Source: a virus
Taxonomy: Duplodnaviria > Heunggongvirae > Uroviricota > Caudoviricetes
Strand: one strand, 5' to 3'
IMG/VR virus record: IMGVR_UViG_3300037851_000307
Coordinates: 1 to 51,634 of that record
Length of the DNA stretch: 51,634 nt
Both the position numbers and the translations under genes were made by a program. This document shows, in pieces, positions 31,442-39,305 of the stretch; position 1 is the first letter of the stretch; the number at the start of each line of letters is the position of its first letter. Under the pieces are notes generated by a model, which did not search any database, was not told the DNA's origin, and was given only the letters and a program-made list of their open reading frames with translations.

Positions 31442-31656
31442 TGATGAAACGCAAGAAAGAAGAGCTTCTCAACAAGATATACAATCTACATCCTCCAGTT
31501 AATATTCCACAGAGTATAAGCAATAGTCCATTGGGCTATGAACTGCAGCAAATGATTCAAAATGCCATAAAATGGCATACTCAAGAGATTGCTAGAATTA
31601 TAGTAGAAGACTTATATACTCAAGAAGACTTTGAAGAAGATTTAGGACTTAAATAA
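31438..31656 (+). CDS. Hypothetical protein, 72 aa
   Basis: ATGA overlap with the helicase; acidic C-terminus. Confidence 0.6.
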   Translation: MMMKRKKEELLNKIYNLHPPVNIPQSISNSPLGYELQQMIQNAIKWHTQEIARIIVEDLYTQEDFEEDLGLK

Positions 31657-31662
31657 AGTCTA

Positions 31663-31669
31663 GTATAAT
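31663..31669 (+). promoter_or_regulatory. -10 element (G-TATAAT), 6 nt before GTG 31676
   Basis: Recurring motif with fixed spacing. Confidence 0.6.
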
Positions 31670-31675
31670 AGATAG

Positions 31676-33106
31676 GTGTTAACTTTACAGCAACTATCTG
31701 ACATTGGAAAAGAACTAATTGGAAGCCTAGATAAAATTAAGGCTTCCAATGCCAGCATTGCTGAAGTTCAAGCCGAGAGAGAAGCTCTCTTAAAGAAAAA
31801 TAATAATTTTAAAACATTTTACGATAAATTCAACAACATGGCCATGTATTACGAAACAGAAAAAAGATGGCTCGATGGCACAACATATACCCAAATACCT
31901 TGGACCCAAATAGATGATGCAGCTCAAAGAAAAACGGGCAACGTTCACTACACAGGATCTTGGGATAAGTATTCACCACAAATAACAGCAAACATAAATT
32001 CTAATCCTACTTCTACAAGCGGTGGACACGAGAATATTACACTCAATGACACACTACAAAACAGTGGCTTGATTGCTTTAATAGATTTTATGACAACAGG
32101 TCAATCTGGTGTTTCTGCTAACACATTAGATGCACCATACAATCCTGGTGATCCAACTATAACTTTAACATCTGGAACTCAAACTATAGGTAAATATCTT
32201 TTAATATCAGGATCTAGTAGATCTGCTTTAGTTCTTGTAACAAATGCTTCTGGCACAACAATAACGATCACAGAAGTAATTGCACCTACAGGCACAATAG
32301 GCGTTGGTGGATCTGTTGTTGAAAACTTTGGTGGCTTCAGTAATACAGAATTAAATACCCTTACATCTGTGTCTTATCAATATGTATTAAATGAATTAGC
32401 CACAAGAGTCATAAATAGAGTTACAACTTGGGAAACTGTATTAAATAGTCAACTTTCACAACTTAATTTAAATACAGATCCAGACTACTTAACGCAAAAT
32501 AATGCTGCAAAGACATCTATAAATACAGCAAAAACCAATATAGATACCTGGCAAACCCTTCCTAATACTGGAACCCTTGGCACAGACAGCAAATTTACCT
32601 CTAATAATCTACCTTTATTGAGTGCTCAATATACAGCAAGAAACTCATTTAGACCAACTAGGGCAAGTCAAATCACAGCAGCCCTTGGTTTAGCTACCCA
32701 AGATTCTCAAGGCAATATAGGCGGAACTGGGGTTTATTCTAAGCGCTTTAAGGCTATAAGCTTAATGATAAATGGTATCGATGGACCTTTGTATCAATAT
32801 TATGCAAAATTGAAGCAAATCGATGTTTCTAAACAGACCATCCAAAATGAACAACAAAAACAAGAGCTATTTAGTACCTCTGTTAGAAGTGCTCCTTTAG
32901 CAGTAAATGGCACTGGTGCTAATATTGTGTCTGTAAAGAGTTCAAGCGGCTTTAATATCGGCGATACTGTATTACTTATTGCTAACTCACAAGATGACTT
33001 ACAGGCCACTATAACTGGTATATCTGGCAATAATGTTACATTATCTAAACCAGTGCCAAACACATATACTTTAAGTTTAAAGTCTACAATAGTCAAAGCT
33101 ATATAG
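31676..33106 (+). CDS. Probable virion-associated protein (coiled coil + beta modules), 476 aa
   Basis: Thr/Asn/Gln-rich composition like the tail genes. Two small beta-barrel-like modules similar to those in the baseplate proteins (e.g. VKSSSGFNIGDTVLL..ITGISGNNVTL). Confidence 0.45.
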   Translation: MLTLQQLSDIGKELIGSLDKIKASNASIAEVQAEREALLKKNNNFKTFYDKFNNMAMYYETEKRWLDGTTYTQIPWTQIDDAAQRKTGNVHYTGSWDKYSPQITANINSNPTSTSGGHENITLNDTLQNSGLIALIDFMTTGQSGVSANTLDAPYNPGDPTITLTSGTQTIGKYLLISGSSRSALVLVTNASGTTITITEVIAPTGTIGVGGSVVENFGGFSNTELNTLTSVSYQYVLNELATRVINRVTTWETVLNSQLSQLNLNTDPDYLTQNNAAKTSINTAKTNIDTWQTLPNTGTLGTDSKFTSNNLPLLSAQYTARNSFRPTRASQITAALGLATQDSQGNIGGTGVYSKRFKAISLMINGIDGPLYQYYAKLKQIDVSKQTIQNEQQKQELFSTSVRSAPLAVNGTGANIVSVKSSSGFNIGDTVLLIANSQDDLQATITGISGNNVTLSKPVPNTYTLSLKSTIVKAI

Positions 33107-33112
33107 TATAAT
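33106..33112 (+). promoter_or_regulatory. -10 element (G-TATAAT), 6 nt before ATG 33119
   Basis: Recurring motif with fixed spacing; no Shine-Dalgarno. Confidence 0.6.
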
Positions 33113-33118
33113 TAGCTT

Positions 33119-33661
33119 ATGATATCACTTAAAGAACTATTATTAAATAGAGTTGAATTCAAAGATCTCCCAAAAGAGCATCAAGATAATTTAAACACTC
33201 TTTTAGAAAGAATCAATAAAGTGCGAGCTGTATATGGAAAACCTATGAAGGTTAACGATGGTTACAGACGTCTTCAAGATACTCCTAAAAATGGTTCAGC
33301 AACTTCATGGCACTATAAAGGCGCTGCGGTTGACATAGATGATAATGATGCCGGCGATTTTGCTAAATGGGTTGTTAAGAATTTAAAGCTCATGCAGGAA
33401 GTTGGTCTTTGGATAGAGGATGTTCGCTGGACCAACGGATGTGGTTCATGGGTTCATTTCCAAATATATCCTCCTAAATCTGGAAAGCGAGTTTTTATAC
33501 CATCTACTAAACCAGCTTGTAACCCAAAAATATGGGATGGAAAGTATGACCCTATTTTCGACAAAGAAAGTAAAATAAAGGATGTGCTTCCTGATGGTCC
33601 TTCTGATGATGATATTAACGTAACCCTGGAAGAAATCGAGAAAGAAGCACTTAAGAAGTAG
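33119..33661 (+). CDS. Peptidase M15 family cell-wall hydrolase (endolysin candidate), 180 aa
   Basis: VNDGYR..SWHYKGAAVDI..WVH zinc-peptidase motifs. Confidence 0.85.
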   Translation: MISLKELLLNRVEFKDLPKEHQDNLNTLLERINKVRAVYGKPMKVNDGYRRLQDTPKNGSATSWHYKGAAVDIDDNDAGDFAKWVVKNLKLMQEVGLWIEDVRWTNGCGSWVHFQIYPPKSGKRVFIPSTKPACNPKIWDGKYDPIFDKESKIKDVLPDGPSDDDINVTLEEIEKEALKK

Positions 33662-33666
33662 GTGCT

Positions 33667-34254
33667 ATGAAAATTCCTAGAATTTATTTAAGCGCAGTTG
33701 GTGCTATAGATGTCGTCTATGCCCATGACTTCATTAAATTACTTATCTCTTTAAAACAAAAACAAATCGATGAAGTTTTATTAAACAACGCTATTGAAGT
33801 AGCAGTTTTAAATTCTAAACAAATAGATACAGGAGAAGAGCATGTTGAATTTGCTTATCCAGGCGACATTTTTACCGGAGCCTATTTTCCAGCAGATGAT
33901 CCAACTAGGGATTGGGCTTCTGATATTACTAGGATAAAATATCCTTTTCAGAATACAGATGATGATCTAGAGGGTTGTCTTCTTAAACAGTTATATTCCT
34001 GTGTTGATATCTATAAACATGATGACTTAACGGACGCCGTTAATGCTTTTGAAGTTGCGTCTTTAGAGAGCTTAGAAAACTTTGGTAGTCCTACTCACAT
34101 AGTGTTCTTAAAGCCTAAAACTTTCATTGTAGCAAATCCTGAAGAGTGGGAAATTCAAGTTAAAGATTTTAATGGTATAATTAAAGCTGTAATATATCCA
34201 ACAAGAAAACATGCGCGATATGCGATGGAGGCACCTAATGTATTAGATTTCTAA
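33667..34254 (+). CDS. Hypothetical acidic protein, 195 aa
   Basis: Intact ORF with AGGTG Shine-Dalgarno; no recognised motif. Confidence 0.65.
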   Translation: MKIPRIYLSAVGAIDVVYAHDFIKLLISLKQKQIDEVLLNNAIEVAVLNSKQIDTGEEHVEFAYPGDIFTGAYFPADDPTRDWASDITRIKYPFQNTDDDLEGCLLKQLYSCVDIYKHDDLTDAVNAFEVASLESLENFGSPTHIVFLKPKTFIVANPEEWEIQVKDFNGIIKAVIYPTRKHARYAMEAPNVLDF

Positions 34255-34318
34255 ACCCCCTTGAGTAGTCTTATTAAGTATCAAGTATTTCAATCATACA
34301 ACTTAATAAGGAGAAATT

Positions 34319-34657
34319 ATGGAATTTCAAAGAGACCCAAGAAAAGAAAGATTAATAGCTAATATAAAGATTCTAAAAGCAGAACTTAAAGTTCTTGCAG
34401 TAGAAATAAGACAATTAAAATCAACAAGAAAGCAATGCAAAAACGGATATGTTTCTGGTTTAGGCAATAAACAGAACGAGTTTCGTATTAAGCATATAGC
34501 TAGATGTTTGCTTCGTGGAAGAACGTTAGAGCAAATCGAACCAAAGCTAAAAGATCCTATGGATCCAAACCATACATACGTAAGAACGATGGCTGCTGCT
34601 GTTGTAAAGAAAGTCATGGAGGTAGCAGATGGCGAAGCTCTACGTGCTAGTTCGTAA
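34319..34657 (+). CDS. Basic hypothetical protein with HIARCLLRGR..EQIE motif, 112 aa
   Basis: Strong AAGGAG Shine-Dalgarno; overlaps the Pth2-like gene by 29 nt. Confidence 0.75.
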   Translation: MEFQRDPRKERLIANIKILKAELKVLAVEIRQLKSTRKQCKNGYVSGLGNKQNEFRIKHIARCLLRGRTLEQIEPKLKDPMDPNHTYVRTMAAAVVKKVMEVADGEALRASS

Positions 34658-34934
34658 CGAAGATCTTCCAAAGAACTATCAAGCAGTACAAGCTGGGCAC
34701 GCAGTTGCCCAGTTTTGTCTAGAGCATCCAGATAAATGGAAGAACGAAACCCTCGTATACTTAAGAGGTGGAGATCTTAACCAGATATTTGATTGGTGGA
34801 CAGTTCTTTGCGATAATAAAATAAAGGATATGTCTTATTTTCAAGAGCCAGATATAGACTATGAGATGACCGCAATAGCTGTACTGTCTAACGAAAAAAC
34901 AGACGAACTGTTCAAAGATATGAGATTAGTATAA
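34629..34934 (+). CDS. Peptidyl-tRNA hydrolase type 2 (Pth2/PTRHD1)-like protein, 101 aa
   Basis: KLYVLVRNEDL..QAVQAGHAV..W..TLVYL..EPD..MTAIAV..LFKDMRLV matches the Pth2 fold pattern (KMVVVIRNDL..AQGGHA..TAVAI..LKLL). GGAGG Shine-Dalgarno. Confidence 0.75.
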   Translation: MAKLYVLVRNEDLPKNYQAVQAGHAVAQFCLEHPDKWKNETLVYLRGGDLNQIFDWWTVLCDNKIKDMSYFQEPDIDYEMTAIAVLSNEKTDELFKDMRLV

Positions 34935-34952
34935 AGGATATGTACATCCTTT
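34929..34952 (+). promoter_or_regulatory. Candidate promoter (G-TATAAA) and near-palindrome AAAGGATATGTACATCCTTT ahead of the RNA genes
   Basis: Motif at 34929-34935; inverted repeat at 34933-34952 ends one base before the tRNA-like 5' end. Confidence 0.4.
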
Positions 34953-35040
34953 GCGGGTCGTGTACAAAACTCACAGCGAGAAGAGCTTATAATTCTTCAG
35001 CTGTACAAGTTTAGGGAGTGAAGCCCTACGATCCGCGCCA
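34953..35040 (+). ncRNA. Atypical tRNA-like RNA ending in G-CCA, with 13-bp acceptor+T branch and CU-UAU-AA loop
   Basis: GCGGGTCG(T) pairs with (A)CGATCCGC, followed by G-CCA. TAGGG/CCCTA T-like stem has the non-canonical loop AGTGAAG. GAAGAG/TTCTTC stem closes the 7-nt loop CTTATAA. No canonical D-arm. Confidence 0.65.
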
Positions 35041-35052
35041 TTTTTAATTCAT

Positions 35053-35128
35053 GCGTCATTAAGCTCAGTGGTAGAGCTAGTGCCTCTAAAGCACCTGGTC
35101 GCAGGTTCGAATCCTGTATGACGCTCCA
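35053..35128 (+). tRNA. Amber-suppressor tRNA (anticodon CUA) with glycine-type acceptor stem, 76 nt, encoded CCA
   Basis: Acceptor GCGTCAT/ATGACGC + T + CCA; D arm GCTC-AGTGGTA-GAGC; anticodon stem (A)GTGC/GCAC(C) with loop CT-CTA-AA; 5-nt variable loop; T arm GCAGG-TTCGAAT-CCTGT. Confidence 0.9.
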
Positions 35129-35148
35129 TTTTATCTTTTTGATCCTTT

Positions 35149-35300
35149 GGATTGAACATAATCCTGAAAATTATTGCTAACTAATCCCCTCTGCGCGTGA
35201 AACGCGCACATCATTTGTTGGAACAACAAATGTAAGCTAACAGATAGGGTAAGAATAGAGTGGGGTGGATATATCTAGGATTTATGGTACCCGCGAAACA
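35149..35300. other. Hairpin-rich non-coding element (ncRNA or DNA structural element)
   Basis: Perfect hairpins at 35192-35208 (7 bp) and 35212-35232 (9 bp), both with GAA loops. GGATT/AATCC hairpin at 35149-35164. Possible long-range pairing of 35186-35192 with 35257-35264. No ORF. Confidence 0.45.
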
Positions 35301-35379
35301 CTGTTTTTGTAAGTCAAAAATAAAATATTTTTTAACTTTTTTACTTTTTATGTTTTGTATAACGTGACAAGGAGAAATA

Positions 35380-35958
35380 ATGGAAAAATATATCGCTTTT
35401 GATTGCGAGACAGGTGGTCTCGACCCACAGACTAATTCTTTACTTACAGCATATTTTGTTGTTTTTGATAGAAATTTTAACGTGTTAGGTGAATTAGATT
35501 TAAAAATTAAGCCAGATAAAGGCGGAAGTTATGTTTTGACTTCTGAAGCTATGGGCATCAATAAGATCGATATAGTTGAGCATGATAAGAAAGCTATACC
35601 ATTAAGTCAAGCAAAAAGTGATTTATATAACTTCTTGCAAGCTCATAACCCAGATGGTAAATCCAAGTTGATACCAGTAGGTCACAACATCTATTTTGAT
35701 GAAGACTTCGTCTGCAATACTTTAATATCTCGTGCTAACTGGAATAAATTCTGTAGCTATCGTAGACTTGATACTGGAGTTGTATTACAGTTTTTAAAAC
35801 TCACAAAAGTTATTCCAACAGACGTAACTGGTTCTTTGCAATCAATTGTAGAATATTTCAACATCCCTAAAAAGGGAGAATATCATGATGCCAAGACAGA
35901 CACAATCCTGACAGTTAAGATATTGAAAGCAATGTTAAAAGCATCAACAAAGGAATAA
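35380..35958 (+). CDS. DEDDh 3'-5' exonuclease (DnaQ/epsilon-like), 192 aa
   Basis: AFDCETGG, GHNIYFD, LDT and HDAKTD motifs. Confidence 0.9.
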   Translation: MEKYIAFDCETGGLDPQTNSLLTAYFVVFDRNFNVLGELDLKIKPDKGGSYVLTSEAMGINKIDIVEHDKKAIPLSQAKSDLYNFLQAHNPDGKSKLIPVGHNIYFDEDFVCNTLISRANWNKFCSYRRLDTGVVLQFLKLTKVIPTDVTGSLQSIVEYFNIPKKGEYHDAKTDTILTVKILKAMLKASTKE

Positions 35959-35959
35959 C

Positions 35960-36460
35960 ATGAATCAAGAAGAAGCGAAAGCAATGGCTCAAAAGATGTA
36001 TGAAGATATGTATAAGATTGAAGTTGAGGTTATGGAAGATGGAAAACTTCCATCTAAAGCGAACCCTAACGATGCGGGTTTCGATGTGTATGCTACATCA
36101 GATATTGTCTTGTATCCAGGTCAAGTTAAAAAACACCCCTTGAACATTAAGATGAAACTTCCTGTTGGATCATGGGCTCGTATCGAAACTAAATCTGGTC
36201 TTGGTTCTAAGGGTATGATGGTTTGGGCTGGAGTTATCGACGAAGGTTACCGTGGAGTTCCGCATGTCATTATGAGTAACATCAAACATGAGCATGACAA
36301 TGGAATGAAGAACGTTGAACCTATCATGATCAAAAAAGGTGAGAAAGTTGCTCAGATGACCATGAATCCTCATGCTAATGACTTTTACTGTGTTCAGGTA
36401 GAGTCTGTAGATACAAACACTTCACGCGGAGCTGGTGGCTTTGGAAGCACAGGAAAATAG
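35960..36460 (+). CDS. dut: Trimeric dUTPase, 166 aa
   Basis: Five motifs: AGFDV, KSGLG, GVIDEGYRG, AQM, RGAGGFGSTG. Confidence 0.95.
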   Translation: MNQEEAKAMAQKMYEDMYKIEVEVMEDGKLPSKANPNDAGFDVYATSDIVLYPGQVKKHPLNIKMKLPVGSWARIETKSGLGSKGMMVWAGVIDEGYRGVPHVIMSNIKHEHDNGMKNVEPIMIKKGEKVAQMTMNPHANDFYCVQVESVDTNTSRGAGGFGSTGK

Positions 36461-36491
36461 TTTAGATAAAGTTACTGATATTTTGAGTCAA

Positions 36492-36851
36492 ATGTTGCAG
36501 CATCTACCAAAGAGCTGCAATTTTTCTTATGAGATAAAGAGAGAAACCTATCCAGTATTTAATAATGTAGGTCACACGTTGGGAATGCTTAGTGCTTCTC
36601 CCACTGTTCATTTTTCTGTCACTGGACAGACTAATTCTTTTTTTTCAAAGTTTACCTCTATAACAAAGTTAAACTCTTATGTTACAGTTAGTACAGCTGG
36701 TTACTCTACTTCGCGCGCAGAATATATAATTAAAAATTATCCTTCTTTTATGGAAGAAGCAGATAAGTATTACTTTTGGCCAATGTACTCTGAACTCTTT
36801 ACAGAAGAGCTAGAACAAACTATCTTAGAAAACCCACAAAAGAAGGTATAA
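36492..36851 (+). CDS. Hypothetical protein, start uncertain (frame open from 36435)
   Basis: Fills the gap between dut and the methyltransferase-like gene. First ATG is at 36492 without a clear Shine-Dalgarno. Confidence 0.5.
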   Translation: MLQHLPKSCNFSYEIKRETYPVFNNVGHTLGMLSASPTVHFSVTGQTNSFFSKFTSITKLNSYVTVSTAGYSTSRAEYIIKNYPSFMEEADKYYFWPMYSELFTEELEQTILENPQKKV

Positions 36852-36870
36852 CTATGTCCAGGAGCAAATC

Positions 36871-37581
36871 TTGGACAATCTTACGACCCTTTTTCAAACA
36901 AATGTTAGAATTGCCAATATAAACCCTTTAGATAGGGATGCCGTTTGGCCTATGAACATAGAGTGCTGCATCACAAGAATCCCAATTAGAAAAAGGGATG
37001 GCTATGAACCTGAGTTAATTAAGCAACTTATAGCAAAACTTAAAACTCATATGGTTCCAAATGGCATAGTGTTCTTTATCTGTTATGCTCCAACAGAGGC
37101 AAAATTTAGGCCATTTGAAGTCGCAAAGATGATGACTGATGAAGGCTTTACTCATATCGATAATATAATTGTCGAGAAAACCTGGTTCCCAGGTAAACGT
37201 TCAGAAACAAATTTAGTTAACTCTCATGAGTATGTTTTGCATTTCTGTAATGGAAATGTATGGAAATTAGATCGTCTTCCTATTCGTAAATATCTTAAAA
37301 CACCAGAATCTATATCTTGTCCAGGCAATACTTGGAAAGTTGAAACTGGATCACTTGATGAATCTTATCCAATAGATTTAGCAGAGCTCTTAATACGTAT
37401 GACTGATGCCTTGCCGGGATCTATAATTTTTGATCCCTACATGGGAACTCAATCTTCACTAAGAGCTGCTGTAAAACTTGGTCACTCGTTTTATGGCTTT
37501 GAACAAGATTCCCGAAAAATGAAAAAATATGATAAGTTAGCAAAGGATTATGCTAAAACCGGAAAATTTGAGGATGAGTAG
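36871..37581 (+). CDS. N6/N4 DNA methyltransferase-fold protein with degenerate catalytic motif, 236 aa
   Basis: Beta-class layout (..YPIDLAELLI..IFDPYMGTQSSLRAAVKLGHSFYGFE), but CITRIPI stands where (S/D/N)PPY is expected. TTG start with GGAG upstream. Confidence 0.75.
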   Translation: MDNLTTLFQTNVRIANINPLDRDAVWPMNIECCITRIPIRKRDGYEPELIKQLIAKLKTHMVPNGIVFFICYAPTEAKFRPFEVAKMMTDEGFTHIDNIIVEKTWFPGKRSETNLVNSHEYVLHFCNGNVWKLDRLPIRKYLKTPESISCPGNTWKVETGSLDESYPIDLAELLIRMTDALPGSIIFDPYMGTQSSLRAAVKLGHSFYGFEQDSRKMKKYDKLAKDYAKTGKFEDE

Positions 37582-37589
37582 GAGTATAG

Positions 37590-39305
37590 ATGTTATATCA
37601 AAAAAGTAAAGCAAAACAAATTATATCTGATAAAAATGTTTTAAAAGATATTGTTGTTAATACTATTCACGACATGGCAACGATTGTCGGTGCGACACTT
37701 GGTCCTGGTGGAAGACCTGTGTTGATTGAGCGAGATGGATTGTCTCCACTTATTACTAAAGATGGAGTTACAGTTGCTAAATCTTTAGGCGTTGCGTTAG
37801 CGGAGGCTAATTTAGTTGTTGAAGCAGCTAAAGAAATCTGTATCAATACTGCTAAGCAAGCAGGCGATGGAACTACTACAGCTATTGTATTAGCAGATGC
37901 TATTACTACACATGGCCAAGAATTCATCAAAAACAATCCTAAATATAATCCTCAAAGATTGATATCTGAATTACAAGAAGCTTATAACAAGGTTATCGTT
38001 CCGTATTTAAAAGAGTATGCAATTAAAACAACTACAGAAGAGCAATTAAAAAACGTTGCTGCTATTTCTGCTAATGGCGATAATGCTATTGCTGATGCAG
38101 TTGTTCAAGCAGTTATGGCTGCTGGAGATGACGGTACTGTTCTTTTAGAAGAAGGACAAGGCAATATAATGAAAGTTGAAACAAACGAAGGTTATGTTGT
38201 TGTATCTGGTCTTAAAGAATTAGGCCAAATTGGTCCTATTTTTATTAACGATAAAGCTGGTCAGCAAGCAAAGATGGACAACGGCGTAGTGTTTTTATAT
38301 GATGGGTCAATCAACGACTTAAAAGTTCCTGGCATAATTCAAACAGTTATGGAAGGCGGTTCTGATCTATTAGGTAACCCAATTATCGTTATTGCACATA
38401 ATTTTTCAGATGTAGCTTTAGATGCATTTGCTAAAACAACAAAAGGTGGAATAATGGTTGTGCCTATTAAAACACCTATGTCTGGTTTACCAAACTCTAG
38501 ATCATTATTCTTACAGGACATGGCAGCATATACAGGCGCAAGCGTATATGATCCAGGTAATGTTGATGACTTTGATGAAGATGGATTTGGCCGATTTGAC
38601 ACTGCTACAGTCAATATGTATGAATCACTTATAGTCAGCAATCCAGATCCTCAAGCTATTGAGGCGCGTATAGAAGAATTAAAAGCTATTGGAAGAGCTG
38701 CATTTTCTGAAATCGACAGAATGCATATTAGAGCGGCAATTGGTAAGTTAACTGGTGGAGTTTCTACTATTTATGTAGGCGGAGCTTCTGAATTAGAAAT
38801 CAGAGAAAAGAAAGACCGTGTTGAAGATGCTGTTGAAGCTGTTCGTTCTGCTATTGCAGAAGGAATTATCCCCGGTGGATGCTCTGTTCATCTTAAGTTG
38901 ATTACAGAATTAAGAGATCACCCAGATAAAAAAGAATCATGGGCAATCTTAGGGCGAGCTTTAGAAGCACCATTTAATCTATTGATGACAAATTGCGGCG
39001 AAGAGCCAGATATGATTCTTCAGTTGTTAGGCATGAACTTAACAGCTGGTGATCCAGGATTGCCTAAAACCGTGTTTGATGCTAATAGCCACACTATTAC
39101 TGACCCTTTTAAGGCAGGAATTATTGAACCAGCAAAGGTTTGTAGAGTAAGTATCGGAAACGCTCTTTCTGTAGCGTCACTTCTTATAACAATTGGCGGT
39201 ATAGTAGTTGTTCCGCGTGATGCTGGATTAGAAAACCAATTAGCATTAAGTAAGCAGGCATTTCAAGATATGATTGCTGGCGGTGGAATGGGTCAAGGTG
39301 AATAA
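37590..39305 (+). CDS. groEL: Phage-encoded GroEL-like chaperonin, 571 aa
   Basis: TLGPGGRPVLI, ITKDGVTVAK, AGDGTTTA, LTGGV, KKDRVEDAV, GIIEPAKV and a GGM-type tail. Confidence 0.95.
   Translation: MLYQKSKAKQIISDKNVLKDIVVNTIHDMATIVGATLGPGGRPVLIERDGLSPLITKDGVTVAKSLGVALAEANLVVEAAKEICINTAKQAGDGTTTAIVLADAITTHGQEFIKNNPKYNPQRLISELQEAYNKVIVPYLKEYAIKTTTEEQLKNVAAISANGDNAIADAVVQAVMAAGDDGTVLLEEGQGNIMKVETNEGYVVVSGLKELGQIGPIFINDKAGQQAKMDNGVVFLYDGSINDLKVPGIIQTVMEGGSDLLGNPIIVIAHNFSDVALDAFAKTTKGGIMVVPIKTPMSGLPNSRSLFLQDMAAYTGASVYDPGNVDDFDEDGFGRFDTATVNMYESLIVSNPDPQAIEARIEELKAIGRAAFSEIDRMHIRAAIGKLTGGVSTIYVGGASELEIREKKDRVEDAVEAVRSAIAEGIIPGGCSVHLKLITELRDHPDKKESWAILGRALEAPFNLLMTNCGEEPDMILQLLGMNLTAGDPGLPKTVFDANSHTITDPFKAGIIEPAKVCRVSIGNALSVASLLITIGGIVVVPRDAGLENQLALSKQAFQDMIAGGGMGQGE

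Noticed and set aside
34953-35040. tmRNA tRNA-like domain
   Set aside because: No G3-U70 pair or A73, no UUC-type T-loop, only 88 nt, and no tag reading frame.
35053-35128. tRNA-Pyl or tRNA-Arg(UCU) interpretation
   Set aside because: It has D-loop GG, a TTC T-loop and a 5-nt variable loop, unlike tRNA-Pyl. A UCU register would break the closing pair and lose U33, and the Arg determinants A20 and A/G73 are absent.
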